From NCBI GenBank assembly GCA_963708135.1, contig OY970192.1, positions 2,848,001 through 2,912,000 on the forward strand: 64,000 nt of DNA, in the 5' to 3' direction. The DNA is from an uncultured Gemmatimonadales bacterium. Lineage in GTDB: Bacteria > Gemmatimonadota > Gemmatimonadetes > Longimicrobiales > RSA9. This document shows, piece by piece, positions 1 to 10,610 of this stretch. The position numbers and the translations under genes were made by a program. The first letter of the stretch is position 1; each line of letters opens with the position of its first letter. Below the pieces are notes generated by a model. The model did no database searches, was not told the origin of the DNA, and worked only from the letters and a program-made list of their open reading frames with translations.

Positions 1-112
1 GTCCGGCGCACCCGAGTCCCGGGCTGGCGGCTCTCCGGCTTGCGTGGCATCGCGCGGGCGCCGCAAGATTCGGCGTCCGCCTCGAGCCGACCCATTCCAG
101 CCCGGAGCCGCC

Positions 113-1387
113 ATGTCCTCCGCACGCATCAGCGCCGGCGCGCCCTCCGCCGCACGCGCCCGGCCAGTCGTTCCGCATCAGGCGACGTTTCCCGACGCCG
201 CGTCGGCGGCGCGCGTCCGGGCGCGCGGTGCGGCCCGGGTCCGCGGCCACCTCGGCTCGGTCCGCCGCCTGGCAGGACTCGCCGCTCTTCCGGTCCTCGC
301 CCTCCTCTCCGGCGCCCTCGCGCTGCCAGTATCTCTCATCGCGCTCCTCTCCCCCGCGGCCCTGGCCGCGCAGCAGGCGGGAGCGGCGAAAGTGATCGCG
401 CTGGAGCCGTCGCCGCGCACCGTCGCCTACGGCTACTACTCGGCGCGGGCGAAGCCCGTGCTGCGGATCCGGTCTGGCGATGTGATCCGGGTGCACACGC
501 TGATCACGTCGACGCCGGAGCGGCTGGAAGGCGCGGGGGTGCCCGCGTCGGAGGTGGAGCCGGCGCTGCGCGCGGTCGTGGACAGCGTGGTGGACCGTGG
601 GCCGGGCGGGCACATCCTGACGGGCCCGATCTACGTGGAGGGGGCGGAGCCGGGGGACGTGCTGGAGGTGGACATCCAGAAGATCGACCTGGCGATCCCG
701 TATGCCTACAACGCGTTCGGGCCGACATCGGGCTTCCTGCCGGAGGCGTTCCCGGGGCAGCGCCGGATGAAGATCATCCCGCTGGACGCGAAGGCGGGGG
801 TGGCGCATTTCGCGCCGGGGATCGACGTCCCGCTGCGCCCCTTCTTCGGCTCGATCGGGGATGCGCCGCCGGACTCGATGGGCCGCTGGAACAGCGCGCC
901 GCCGTGGAAGAACGCGGGCAACCTGGACAACAAGGAGCTGGTGGCGGGGACGACGCTCTACATCCCGGTGTGGGCGCCGGGCGCGCTGCTGGAGATCGGC
1001 GATGGGCACGCGGGCCAGGGCAACGGCGAGGTGGACATCACGGCGCTGGAGACTTCGCTGGTGGGGACGTTCCGGATCCGGGTGCGGAAGGACATGCACC
1101 TGGAGTGGCCGATGGCGGAGACGCCCACGCACTGGATCGCCATGGGCATGGACCGGGACCTGGTGCGGGCGGCGAAGATCGCGCTGTCGAACGCCATCGG
1201 CTTCCTGGCGACCACGAAGCACCTCTCGCGGGCGGACGCCTACATGCTGTGCTCGGTGGCGGCGGACATGGACGTGACGGAGCTGGTGGACGGCAACGTG
1301 GGCGTGCACGTGATGATCCCGAAGCGGATCTTCACGGCGGAGAAGGCGGCGCCAGGCGACGACGGCGCCGCGCCGCGCCGGCGGTGA
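113..1387 (+). CDS. Acetamidase/formamidase family protein, possibly exported
   Basis: Family motifs GGHILTGPIYVEGAEPGDVLEVDI, NAGNLDNKELVAGTTLYIPV, GDGHAGQGNGEVDITALET. ATG 113 follows GGAG; the true start may be later. Hydrophobic N-terminal segment. Confidence 0.88.
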   Translation: MSSARISAGAPSAARARPVVPHQATFPDAASAARVRARGAARVRGHLGSVRRLAGLAALPVLALLSGALALPVSLIALLSPAALAAQQAGAAKVIALEPSPRTVAYGYYSARAKPVLRIRSGDVIRVHTLITSTPERLEGAGVPASEVEPALRAVVDSVVDRGPGGHILTGPIYVEGAEPGDVLEVDIQKIDLAIPYAYNAFGPTSGFLPEAFPGQRRMKIIPLDAKAGVAHFAPGIDVPLRPFFGSIGDAPPDSMGRWNSAPPWKNAGNLDNKELVAGTTLYIPVWAPGALLEIGDGHAGQGNGEVDITALETSLVGTFRIRVRKDMHLEWPMAETPTHWIAMGMDRDLVRAAKIALSNAIGFLATTKHLSRADAYMLCSVAADMDVTELVDGNVGVHVMIPKRIFTAEKAAPGDDGAAPRRR

Positions 1388-1439
1388 GACCCGGGATCGG
1401 GGGCTCGGTGCTCGGGGCTCGGGGGGTTGCCGGCGGGTT

Positions 1440-2405
1440 TCACCTCCCCTGTCCTCCCGGCGGTTCGCCGGCGACGCCCATTCCCTCGTCCGGGGCCGCC
1501 CGGGCCTCGCGCTTCCCTTCTGTCACGTTGTCGTAGAAGCGGGTGGTCGGGTAGGCGAAGTCAATGTCCTCGCGCGCGCCGAAGGCGCGCAGGATCTCCT
1601 CCCACATGGCCTGGCTGGTGCCGCGCCGGCGGCGGGCCTCGCAGAGATAGCGGACGGTGAGGACCACGCCGCTGTCGGCCACGCTCGTGTAGACGGTGGG
1701 CTCGAGGGTGGAGTAGAAGATCATGAAGCGACGGCTGGCGGCGAGGACGCGGCGCTCGGCGTCGGCGGTCAGGTGGTCGCTCTGGGCGCGGGCGATGCCG
1801 AGCAGGATCTCCTTGGCGGCCTCCCAGTCGCTCTCGAACGTGACCATGACGGGGATCTCGTTCCAGATGTAGGGGAAGCCGCGGGTGTAGTTGGCGAGCG
1901 GCTCGGAGAAGACCTGGCCGTTGGGGATGTGGATGATGCGGCCGGTGCTCTGGTCGGCGCCGACCCAGTTGCCGATCTCGAGGATGGTGAACTGGAAGAC
2001 GCGCTGGTCGACGACATCGCCCGCGTGTTGGCCGAGCTGGATGCGGTCGCCGACCACGAAGGGGCGGCGCCAGAGGATGAAGAGCCAGGCGGCGAAGTTG
2101 GAGACCGGGTCCTTCAGGGCGACGGCCAGCCCGGCGCCGACCAGGCCGAGGAAGGTGGCGACGGAGGTCAAGCCCTCGAACCAGACGCGGCCGACCAGGA
2201 AGACGCCGAAGGCCACGGCCACGTAGGCGGTGATCTTTCGCCAGTGGTAGCGGAGCCGCACGTCGGGGGTGCGGCGCCGTACCACGAAGAGCAGCACCCA
2301 GCGGAGCAGCGTGAGCGCCAGGATGATGACGAGAGAGGTGAGGAGCGCGTTCTGCGAGGCGCTCCAGTGCACCATCGATCCCAGCGACTGCAGGGCCTGT
2401 TGCAT
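1440..2405 (-). CDS. Small-conductance mechanosensitive channel (MscS family)
   Basis: GLVGAGLAVALKDPVSNF..RPFVVGDRIQLG..GDV, HIPNGQVF, IDFAYPT. Start taken at MQQALQ (2405). Confidence 0.88.
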   Translation of the reverse strand: MQQALQSLGSMVHWSASQNALLTSLVIILALTLLRWVLLFVVRRRTPDVRLRYHWRKITAYVAVAFGVFLVGRVWFEGLTSVATFLGLVGAGLAVALKDPVSNFAAWLFILWRRPFVVGDRIQLGQHAGDVVDQRVFQFTILEIGNWVGADQSTGRIIHIPNGQVFSEPLANYTRGFPYIWNEIPVMVTFESDWEAAKEILLGIARAQSDHLTADAERRVLAASRRFMIFYSTLEPTVYTSVADSGVVLTVRYLCEARRRRGTSQAMWEEILRAFGAREDIDFAYPTTRFYDNVTEGKREARAAPDEGMGVAGEPPGGQGR

Positions 2406-2443
2406 CGGCAGCTCCGAGAGGGGGGCCGGCGCCCGCGGGAGCA

Positions 2444-2459
2444 TGCAAGCGACAGGCCC
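2444..2459 (-). promoter_or_regulatory. Putative sigma54 -24/-12 promoter of mscS
   Basis: GGGCCTGTCGCTTGCA (GG-N10-GC with TTGCA), about 40 nt upstream of the ATG. Confidence 0.45.
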
Positions 2460-2473
2460 TCGGAAGCCGGCTC

Positions 2474-5400
2474 TTAGTGCACGTTCTCGAAGCCGTGCGT
2501 CCTCGCGAGGCGGCCCCTCGGGTCGAGCAGCCGGTACAGCCCGGGAAGCAGAAGCAGCACGATCGGTCCCGACAGCACGAACCCGCCGATGACGGCTACG
2601 GCCAGCGGCTGCATCAGCTGGGCGCCTTCGCCAAGGGCGAGCGCGAGCGGCGCAAGCGCGAAGGCGGTGGCGAGGATGGTCATGGCGACCGGTCGCAGTC
2701 TGCGCCGCGACGCACGCGCCCACGCCTCGGTGGGGGCGAGTCCGGCGCGCAGCGCTTCGCGGCCCTCGTGGATCACGAAGATGGCGTTCTCGCCGACGAT
2801 GCCCACCATCATGATCGCGCCGACGTAGCTGGAGATGTTGAGCGTCATGCCGGCGAGCATGAGGGCGCCGAGCACACCCGGCAGCACGGCGGCCGCGCAC
2901 AACGCGGTGACGATGGGCGCCCTCCAGTCGGCGAACTCGAAGAGCACGACGATGCCGACCAGCACGAGGCCGCCGAGCAGGACGAACAGCAGATCGCGGA
3001 AGGAGCTCTGCTGCTGCTGGTAGAGCCCGCCGTACTCCAGCGAGACCCCCGGTCCCAGATCGACCTGGCGAGCAATGGCGGCCTTGATGTCGGACACGGC
3101 GCCGCCGAGATCGCGGCCGGACAGCCGTGCGGTCACGCCAAGGTAGGTCTTGAGATTCTCGCGGTCGATCTCGGCCTCGGGCTCACCGGTCCGGATGGTG
3201 GCCACGGCGCCCAGCGGGATCAGGGCATCGCCAGCACGGAGGCGGACGTCGGCAAGCGGGCCGGCATGCGGCTCGAGCACGCGCAGGTCGTACATGCGGT
3301 CGCCGATGCGGACCTGATCAACCACGGTGCCGAGCACGGCCGGCTCGATCTGAGCGTGGACGTCCTGTGTGGTCAAGCCGTAACGCGCCGCCGCGGCCGT
3401 ATCGATCCGGATATCGAGCGCCGGGCCGGCAATGGTGATCCCATTGAAGATGTCCTCGACGCCCGGCACATGGGAGATGACCGCCGCGATGCGGCGCGCA
3501 TCCCTGGAGAGCACGGCCGGGTCGTCGCCGAAGATCTTGATGTCGATCGGCTGGGGCTCACCACCCGTCAGGTCCCCGATGTTGTCCTCGAGGAGCTGCC
3601 CGAAATCCGTGTGCACGGCCGGCTCGAGCTGCGCCAGCCGGGCGCGCAGATCGTCGATCACCTCGTCGACGGGCCGGCGTTGGCGGCGCGGCTTGAGGTT
3701 GATGACGTAGTCGCCGCGGTTGGGCTCGGTGATGAAGAAGCCGAGCTGCGTGCCCGTCCGGCGCGAGTAGCCGGCCACATCCGGCAGCGCCAGGATCACC
3801 TTCTCCATCTGGTCGAGCATCTGGTTCGTGTCGGTCAGCGAGGTGCCCGGCGGCGTCCAGTAGTCGAGGATGATCGAGCCCTCATCCATCGCGGGCAGGA
3901 AGTCGGTGCCGATGCGGCCGTAGAGCAGCCAGCCGAAGGCGACGAGGCCGAGCAGCGCCACAGGCGCGAGCAGCGGCCGCGCCATGAGGACGCGTACGGC
4001 GCGCTCGTAGCCATCGCCCAGCACGCGCGCGCGCCGATGGAGCCAGCCCCGGACTCCGCCGGCGGGCTGCGAGGATTCGGGCATCGGCTCGCCCGGCCTG
4101 CCCGGCTCCTCATGCTCCGCTTGCTCCCCATGCTGCCCAGGCTCCGCAGGCGTGGCGCCGAAGCGGGCGACGGCCGTGGGCACGACGAACGTCGCCACGA
4201 AGAAGGAGACGATGAGGGCGAGCGCCATGGTGAGCGCGAGCGGCTTGAAGAAGGCTCCGGTCACGCCCGGGAGCAGGGCGAAGGGCAGGAGGATGATGGT
4301 GGTCGAGAGGGAGGACCCGATCAGCGCGGGCAAGAGACCACGCACGGCGGCATCGGCCGGGTCGTGCTCGCGCAGGGCGCGGCGGTGCTCGATGTCCTCG
4401 ATGACGACGATGGCGTCGTCGGCGATGAGGCCGAGCGCGGCGGCCACGCCCGCGAGCGTCATCAGGTTGACGCTCTGGCCGGCGACCCCGAGCGCGAGCT
4501 CGACCACGGCTACAGTGAGCGGGATCGTCGCCACGGCCACGAGCGCGAGGCGGAAGCTGCCCAGGAACAGCAGCAGGATCACGGCGGCGAGTCCCACGCC
4601 GATGAAGATGGCGTCGCGGGTCCCGTTGACGGAGCTGCGGACGAAACGAGCCTGGTCGTAGAAGGTCAACCAGCGGACGCCGCGCGGGATCAGGTCGGGA
4701 CGGTCCCGGAGCGTCTGCTGGATCGCATCGGCGATGTTGAGCGTGTTGGCCGAAGGCTGGCGCACGATGTTGACGAGCACGGCGGGCCTGCCGTCGTCGG
4801 TCGTGCGGATGTAGGAGATCTCGTCGGCCACCGTGACGGTGCCGAGCTGGCCGAGCGTGGCCGGCGGCCCGTGCGGCGCGGGCACGGCCAGGCCGCGGAG
4901 CTGATCGAGCCCGTGGACGCGGCCATTGACCAGAACCAGGTAGAGCTCGTGATTCTGCTCGAGGAGGCCGGCGGAGAGCACGTCGTTGTCGGCGCGGATC
5001 GCGTCCACCACGTCGGCAGCGGAAAGCCCGCGTCCCTGGAGGGCGCGGGGGTCGAGCCGGACCCTGAACTCGCGCTGGCGGCCGCCCTGGATCTGCACCT
5101 CCGACACGCCCTCGATGCGCAGCAGCGCGGGCTTCAGCGTGTACTCGGCAAGATCCCAGAGCTGCGCCTGCGAGAGACTGTCGGAGCTCAGCGAGTAGCC
5201 GAGGATGGGGAAGATGGCGGTGTTCATCCACTCGACATCGATGCGCGTGTCCGGCGGGAGGTCCGGGCGCACGCGCTGCGTCTCCGCCTGCACGCGCTGC
5301 AGCGCGACCTGCATGTCCGTGCCCCAGGCGAAGCGCGCGGAGATCTCGGTCGAGCCGCGGGAGGTGATCGAGCGTACGAGCAGGATGCTCGGCACGCGGC

Positions 5401-5614
5401 GGATCGCCTCCTCCAGGGGGCGGGTCACCGTCGGCATCATGCGCGCGGCGGGCTCCTCGCCCGCATCCGCGATCACCTTCACGATCGGGAAGGTGACGGA
5501 CGGGAAGATGCTGGAGGGGAGGCGCAGGGAGGTGTAGATGCCAGCCGCGGCGAGGAGCGCCAGCAGCCCGAACACCGCCGCGGCGCGGTGGCGCGCGTGA
5601 TGGACGATACTCAC
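2474..5614 (-). CDS. RND efflux transporter permease (AcrB/CusA family)
   Basis: 1046 aa; FPSVTFP, LGLIADDAIVVIE, DFLPAMDEG, RRLRPVAMT, QPLAVAVIGG. GTG start overlaps the MFP stop. Confidence 0.95.
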   Translation of the reverse strand: MSIVHHARHRAAAVFGLLALLAAAGIYTSLRLPSSIFPSVTFPIVKVIADAGEEPAARMMPTVTRPLEEAIRRVPSILLVRSITSRGSTEISARFAWGTDMQVALQRVQAETQRVRPDLPPDTRIDVEWMNTAIFPILGYSLSSDSLSQAQLWDLAEYTLKPALLRIEGVSEVQIQGGRQREFRVRLDPRALQGRGLSAADVVDAIRADNDVLSAGLLEQNHELYLVLVNGRVHGLDQLRGLAVPAPHGPPATLGQLGTVTVADEISYIRTTDDGRPAVLVNIVRQPSANTLNIADAIQQTLRDRPDLIPRGVRWLTFYDQARFVRSSVNGTRDAIFIGVGLAAVILLLFLGSFRLALVAVATIPLTVAVVELALGVAGQSVNLMTLAGVAAALGLIADDAIVVIEDIEHRRALREHDPADAAVRGLLPALIGSSLSTTIILLPFALLPGVTGAFFKPLALTMALALIVSFFVATFVVPTAVARFGATPAEPGQHGEQAEHEEPGRPGEPMPESSQPAGGVRGWLHRRARVLGDGYERAVRVLMARPLLAPVALLGLVAFGWLLYGRIGTDFLPAMDEGSIILDYWTPPGTSLTDTNQMLDQMEKVILALPDVAGYSRRTGTQLGFFITEPNRGDYVINLKPRRQRRPVDEVIDDLRARLAQLEPAVHTDFGQLLEDNIGDLTGGEPQPIDIKIFGDDPAVLSRDARRIAAVISHVPGVEDIFNGITIAGPALDIRIDTAAAARYGLTTQDVHAQIEPAVLGTVVDQVRIGDRMYDLRVLEPHAGPLADVRLRAGDALIPLGAVATIRTGEPEAEIDRENLKTYLGVTARLSGRDLGGAVSDIKAAIARQVDLGPGVSLEYGGLYQQQQSSFRDLLFVLLGGLVLVGIVVLFEFADWRAPIVTALCAAAVLPGVLGALMLAGMTLNISSYVGAIMMVGIVGENAIFVIHEGREALRAGLAPTEAWARASRRRLRPVAMTILATAFALAPLALALGEGAQLMQPLAVAVIGGFVLSGPIVLLLLPGLYRLLDPRGRLARTHGFENVH

Positions 5615-6624
5615 GGCATCGCCCGGACACGCGTACCGTCCGGCAGTCCGACCTGTCCGGAGACGATCACCCTCTCGCCGACCGCAATGGCGGGCGACAC
5701 GATCTCGACGCGCGCGCCGTCGCGCAGGCCGGCCTGCACGTCGATCCAGTGCGCACGCCCGTCCGCTCCGACCACGGCCATGCGGGTTGTGCCCGTGACA
5801 TCGTTCGCGAGCACCGCGGCGTCCGGTACGACGATCACGTTCCGCCGCTCGGCGACGACGATCCGGGCCGTGCCGAAGAGCCCAATGGACAGATCGGGAC
5901 GCGGCGGCGAGAAGTCGAGCCGCACCGGCGCGCTCAGATTCTGGCTGGAGGCCGAAGGCAGCAGGCCGTGCACGACCGCGGAGGCGCCCGTGGCGCCGAT
6001 CGCGGGGATGTCGACCGTGGCGCGCTGCCCCGGCTGGACCCGGGCCACATCCGTCTGCGCCACCTGCGCATCGAAGAACACGGCGCCGGCCTCCGCGATC
6101 GTGAGCAGCACCTCGCCCTCATCGAGGTAATCGCCCTCCTCGGCGCTGTGGGAGAGCACCATGCCCGCGGCCGGCGCGTGCAGCGGCTGCACCACCAGGT
6201 TCCGGCGCGCGGTCGCCATGGCGCGGCGGGCATCGGCTGAATCCGCACCGGTGCGCGCGTCCCTCAGCATCGCCTGGGCGCCTTCCAGCGCGGCCTGGCT
6301 GTTCTTCGACACCACCTGCGCCACAATCTGACCGGAGGCGACCCGGTCGCCGTCCGTGACGCGCAGCGAGACGAGGCGGCTGGGGAACGGAGCACGTACG
6401 CGGTCCTGCCTGCGCGCCTCCGTCCGGCCCGGCCCACCAACGGTCAGGTCCAGCAATGCCCGCTCGGCGCGCGCCATCTGGACAGGGGTGGCTGCCGCGG
6501 CTGGTGCCTCCGCGGCCGCCGTGTCTGCGGCGGGCTGATCCGTCGCATGCCCATCACCCCCCGCGCACCCCGTCATGACCCCAGCGAACAGCGCGGCGGC
6601 CACGCCCTGTGCGACTCGCATCAC
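5611..6624 (-). CDS. RND periplasmic adaptor (membrane fusion protein), lipoprotein
   Basis: Lipobox MTGC; VRAPF..LRVTDGDRVASGQIVAQ, LHAPAAG, GERVIVSGQVGLPDGTRVR. Lies between the TolC and RND genes. Confidence 0.9.
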   Translation of the reverse strand: MMRVAQGVAAALFAGVMTGCAGGDGHATDQPAADTAAAEAPAAAATPVQMARAERALLDLTVGGPGRTEARRQDRVRAPFPSRLVSLRVTDGDRVASGQIVAQVVSKNSQAALEGAQAMLRDARTGADSADARRAMATARRNLVVQPLHAPAAGMVLSHSAEEGDYLDEGEVLLTIAEAGAVFFDAQVAQTDVARVQPGQRATVDIPAIGATGASAVVHGLLPSASSQNLSAPVRLDFSPPRPDLSIGLFGTARIVVAERRNVIVVPDAAVLANDVTGTTRMAVVGADGRAHWIDVQAGLRDGARVEIVSPAIAVGERVIVSGQVGLPDGTRVRAMP

Positions 6625-7916
6625 CTGGACCCCCACCGGATCAGGTCGGCCTCCGCGGCCCTGTAGCCGTAGATGGCATCCTGACGATCCTGCAGCGCCT
6701 GAATCCAGGCGTCGTATGCATCCAGCACCTCCAGCGCACTGCCCTGCCCGCCGCGATAGAGGCTCTCGGCCTCGAGGTAGGCATCCTGCGCCGCCGTGGC
6801 CGCCTCGGTGCGTGCCTCGTACTCGCGATAGAAGCCGGCCATGTCCGCCCAGGCACGGCTCCAGCTCAGGCGTACGAGGCGACGTGTCTGGACCGCCCGG
6901 TCCCGCGCCCGCTGCATGTCCGCGGCGGCCTCGGCTAGCCGGCCCCGGTGGATCCCCGCGTCCCAGAAGGGCAGCGAAAAGGCGAGCATTACCTCCGCAC
7001 CCGCGCCGCGCCCGCCGTTCAACAGCGCGACGTCGGAGCCGACGAATGGCTGCGCGCCAATGTCCGCCTCGAAGTCGAGGTGCGGCTTGCGCCCTGCACG
7101 GGCAGCGCGTACGCCGGCGGCGGCGGCCCGGATCTGCGCCTCCGACTGCGCGACGTCCGGCACCGTGACCCAGGGCGAATCGACCGGGGGAGCGGGTGGC
7201 GCGGGGGCCGGCAGAGCCGAAAGCTCGAGCGCCGAGTCAGGGGCCAGGCCCAGCAGCTCGTTCAGCTCCATCCGCGCATCCTCGAGCTCACGCTGCGCGG
7301 CCGCGATGTTGGCGTGCGCGGCGGCCACGCGCTGGCGGGTGCGGAGCAGATCCGACCCGACACCCTGGCCGGCGGCGCGCCGTGCCTCGATCACCCGGAG
7401 GTAGGCCTCGAGCCGCTCGAGACCGCGCTGCCGGAAGCTCAGCCCCGCCTGCGCGCGCAGCACAAGGCTGTAGCCGCTACGGACGGCGCGGTCCACGTCT
7501 CGCACGCTCATGCGGTACGAGAAGCCGAGCGCATTCGCTTCGGCCCGTGCCTGCGCAAGACCGGCGCGCAGCTCGCCCCCCTCGTACAGCGGCGTCTGCC
7601 CCAGCACCCTCGGAAACGCCTCTGTCCCGGCGTAGTCCTGCGGCGCACCCGTGTGCATATCGCTCGCGATGGAGAGCCTCGGGTACAGTGCACCGTGTGC
7701 CTGCTGGACGCGCGCGATCGCAGCCTGCACCTCCATCCTGGCGACGGGGAGCTGCGCGTTGCGCAGCTCCGCCTCCCGCAGCGCCGTCTCGAGGGTGATG
7801 GGCGCGCTGCTGTCCGGCACCTGAGCGGCGAGCGGAGCGGCGCCGAGCAGGGCTGCCCCCAGCGCAAGCGAGATGGTCGGTTGAAGCAGAGTGCGACGGT
7901 TCAGAGGCGCCTCCAT
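6621..7916 (-). CDS. TolC family outer membrane efflux protein
   Basis: Signal peptide (..AAPLAAQ), ITLETALREAELRN, ALYPRLS, SLPFWDAG, YRGGQGSALEVLDA. Confidence 0.9.
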   Translation of the reverse strand: MEAPLNRRTLLQPTISLALGAALLGAAPLAAQVPDSSAPITLETALREAELRNAQLPVARMEVQAAIARVQQAHGALYPRLSIASDMHTGAPQDYAGTEAFPRVLGQTPLYEGGELRAGLAQARAEANALGFSYRMSVRDVDRAVRSGYSLVLRAQAGLSFRQRGLERLEAYLRVIEARRAAGQGVGSDLLRTRQRVAAAHANIAAAQRELEDARMELNELLGLAPDSALELSALPAPAPPAPPVDSPWVTVPDVAQSEAQIRAAAAGVRAARAGRKPHLDFEADIGAQPFVGSDVALLNGGRGAGAEVMLAFSLPFWDAGIHRGRLAEAAADMQRARDRAVQTRRLVRLSWSRAWADMAGFYREYEARTEAATAAQDAYLEAESLYRGGQGSALEVLDAYDAWIQALQDRQDAIYGYRAAEADLIRWGSR

Positions 7917-8095
7917 AACGCGACGTGCAGCGGCGCGCCAATCGGCGTACAGGCTACGGGACCGCCGAGCGGACCCGGCCGGCTCTCGGCTGGCCACGGC
8001 CCGCCCGAACGGCCGCGCACGAGCCCGAACAATTTGGGTGGCGAACCTTTCACCAGGATTACAGCGGCCGGCGGGGTTGCTGCGGCGGGCCGGCC

Positions 8096-9364
8096 TCACG
8101 CGGCCGGGAAGGAGAGCGCGGCGATGGTGCCTCCCGCGGAGCCGGGCCGGAGCGCCACCTCGCCGCCATGGCTGCGCGCGATCCACTCGGCGATCGAGAG
8201 GCCGAGCCCCGCGCCGGCCGCGCCCTCTTCGCGCGAGCGGCCCGCGTCGGCACGGTAGAAGCGCTCGAAGACGTGCGGCAGCGCGGCCCCGGGCACGCCC
8301 GGGCCGGTGTCCTCGACGAGGACGCGGGACGTCCCGTCCACGCGGCCGGCCGAGACCGTGACGCTCCCGCCGGGCGGCGTGAACTTCACGGCGTTGTCGA
8401 GCAGGATCATCATCGCCTGGCGGAGCAGCGCGGGATCCCCGGCCACGGGTGCCTCCTCGAGCGCGCCGACCTCGACGCGCACGCCCTTCCCCGCCCCGAG
8501 CACGCGGGCGTCCGTGGCGGCATCGAGCAGCAGGTCGTCCAGGTAGACCCGCTCGCGGGCGCGCGGCCAGTCGCCGGTGTCCGCGCGGGCCAGGGTGAGC
8601 AGGTTCTCGACCAGCCCGCCGAGCCGCCGGGCATCCACCTCGACCCGCCGCAGCACCTCGGCGTACGCGTCCGCGTCCCTGGGCTGGCGCAGGGCGACCT
8701 CGGCCCGGCCGCGCAGCACGGACACGGGCGTCCGCAGCTCGTGCGCGGCATCCGCCATGAAGCGCCGCATCTGGGCGAAGGAGCGCTCCACCGGCTCGGC
8801 GGACTTGCCCGCGAGCCAGCCGCCGCCGAGCGCCACGAGGAGGAGCGCGCCCAGCGCGGCCAGCCCGAACGCGGGAAGCAGCCCGCCGAACTGCTGCGCC
8901 ACCTCGACCTCGTCCGCCACGGCAGCCGCGGCGTAGCGCTTCCCCGCGAGCGTGAACGGCCGCGCGTACGCGCGCCAGTTCACCTCGCCCGCCTCCTCGG
9001 TCGAGACGACCGGCCCATCCGCGAGCGCGCGCGCGGCCAACCGTCGGATCCACGGCTCGGCGCTCGTCGGGTGGATCGGCCTGCCCGCGGCATCGAAGAC
9101 GTAGAGCCGGCGCTCGGGGATGCGCAGCTCGTCGAGCGCGTCCACGGGCACGCCGTCGTGGCCGCGCGGCCCCTCGAGCTCGCGGATCCGCATCGCGCGC
9201 GTGATCTCGACCGTAGCGTCCTGCAGCGAGTCGTCGAGCCGCGCCCGGAGCTGCCGCGTCAGCACCCCGAGCAGCGCCACCGCGAAGAGGGCGAGGATGG
9301 CTGCGAAGACGCCCACGTACCATGCGGTCAGCCGCACGCGCAGCCGGGCGAGCGCGTCGTTCAC
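8096..9364 (-). CDS. Sensor histidine kinase
   Basis: Two TM segments; H-box FMADAAHELRTP, N-box LLDNAVKFT, G-boxes VEDTGPG and GAGLGLSI. GTG start overlaps the response regulator stop (GTGA). Confidence 0.93.
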   Translation of the reverse strand: MNDALARLRVRLTAWYVGVFAAILALFAVALLGVLTRQLRARLDDSLQDATVEITRAMRIRELEGPRGHDGVPVDALDELRIPERRLYVFDAAGRPIHPTSAEPWIRRLAARALADGPVVSTEEAGEVNWRAYARPFTLAGKRYAAAAVADEVEVAQQFGGLLPAFGLAALGALLLVALGGGWLAGKSAEPVERSFAQMRRFMADAAHELRTPVSVLRGRAEVALRQPRDADAYAEVLRRVEVDARRLGGLVENLLTLARADTGDWPRARERVYLDDLLLDAATDARVLGAGKGVRVEVGALEEAPVAGDPALLRQAMMILLDNAVKFTPPGGSVTVSAGRVDGTSRVLVEDTGPGVPGAALPHVFERFYRADAGRSREEGAAGAGLGLSIAEWIARSHGGEVALRPGSAGGTIAALSFPAA

Positions 9365-10029
9365 AGGCCGAAGCGGTAGCCCGCGCCGCGGATGGTGTGG
9401 ATCAGCTTCCGCTCGAAGGCATCGTCGATTTTGGCGCGCAGCCGCCGCACCAGCACCTCGAGCACGTTCGTGAACGGGTCGTGGTTCTCGTCCCAGACGT
9501 ACGCCGTGATCGCCGCCCGGTCCACCACCGCGTCCGCGTGCCGGACGAAGAACTCCAGGAGCTGCCACTCCCTGGCCGTGAGCGAGATCGCCCGCCCCGC
9601 CCGCTCCGCCTCGTGCGCGCGCAGGTCCACGGTCAGGTCCGCGAGCCGGAACTCCGCCGGCGCCAGCGCCGGCGGGCGACGCGCCAGCGCCCGCACCCGC
9701 GCCAGCAGCTCCCGGAACGCGAACGGCTTCGTCAGGTAGTCGTCCGCGCCGCTCTCGAGCCCATGTACCCGGTCGTCCACTGCCGTGCGCGCCGTGAGCA
9801 TGAGGATCGGCGCCGTCTCGCCGCGCTCGCGCAGGTAGCGGCACAGCTCGAAGCCCGTGCCCCCGGGCAGCATCACATCCAGCACGATCACGTCGAAGCT
9901 GCCCAGCGCGGCGCGCATCCGCGCGTCCCGCACCGTCGCCGCCTCCACGACGTCGATGTCCTCCTCCGCGAAGCCGGAGGCGATCACTTCGCGCAGCTCC
10001 GCGTCGTCCTCGACAAGCAGGATTCTCAT
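9361..10029 (-). CDS. OmpR/PhoB family response regulator
   Basis: MRILLVEDD, LDVMLPG, GADDYLTKPF, IHTIRGAGYRF. Confidence 0.96.
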   Translation of the reverse strand: MRILLVEDDAELREVIASGFAEEDIDVVEAATVRDARMRAALGSFDVIVLDVMLPGGTGFELCRYLRERGETAPILMLTARTAVDDRVHGLESGADDYLTKPFAFRELLARVRALARRPPALAPAEFRLADLTVDLRAHEAERAGRAISLTAREWQLLEFFVRHADAVVDRAAITAYVWDENHDPFTNVLEVLVRRLRAKIDDAFERKLIHTIRGAGYRFGL

Positions 10030-10206
10030 CGCGCCGGACCGGCCGAAATCCGTTGTGGCATGGATACTTCTACCTGCACGCGCGGCGCCCGTTCCCGTAA
10101 TCGAAGTGAAAGGTACACCCCGCTATCATGAATGCGAAGGGAGCCGGAGGGCGGCTCTCCTGCGGGCCCGACGCCCGCCCACTCAACAGACCAGGGAGAA
10201 CCACTG

Positions 10207-10560
10207 ATGAAGGCACGGATCATCACCAGCCTCGCCGTCGGCGCTTCGCTCGCGGCCGCGGGCGCCGTCTTCGCGCAGAAGCCGAAGCCGAAGTTCCCCG
10301 AGGCCAGGGCGCGCGCCCTGGCGCTCGCGAAGGTGCCCGGCGGAAAGATCACGGCCGAGGAGGTCGAGCAGGAGAAGGGGCTCCTCATCTACTCGTTCGA
10401 GCTCAAGGTGCCGGGGCAGCCGGGCATCGAGGAAGTCAACATCAACGCCAACACCGGCAAGCTGGTCGGCATCGAGCACGAGGGGCCGTCGAAGGAAAAG
10501 GCGGAGTCGGGCGAGCGCCATGAGGGCCACGAGGCGCCGGAGAGCGGGGAGACCGGCTGA
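10207..10560 (+). CDS. Secreted PepSY-domain protein
   Basis: Signal peptide to VFA-Q; ALALAKVPGGKI..EEVEQEKG.LIYSFEL..EEVNINANTGKLV. GGGAGA RBS; divergent from the two-component system. Confidence 0.85.
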   Translation: MKARIITSLAVGASLAAAGAVFAQKPKPKFPEARARALALAKVPGGKITAEEVEQEKGLLIYSFELKVPGQPGIEEVNINANTGKLVGIEHEGPSKEKAESGERHEGHEAPESGETG

Positions 10561-10610
10561 CCCTCGACGGACCGGGGAACCGGGGCGAGGGTGGAAGCGG
10601 AAAATCGAAG

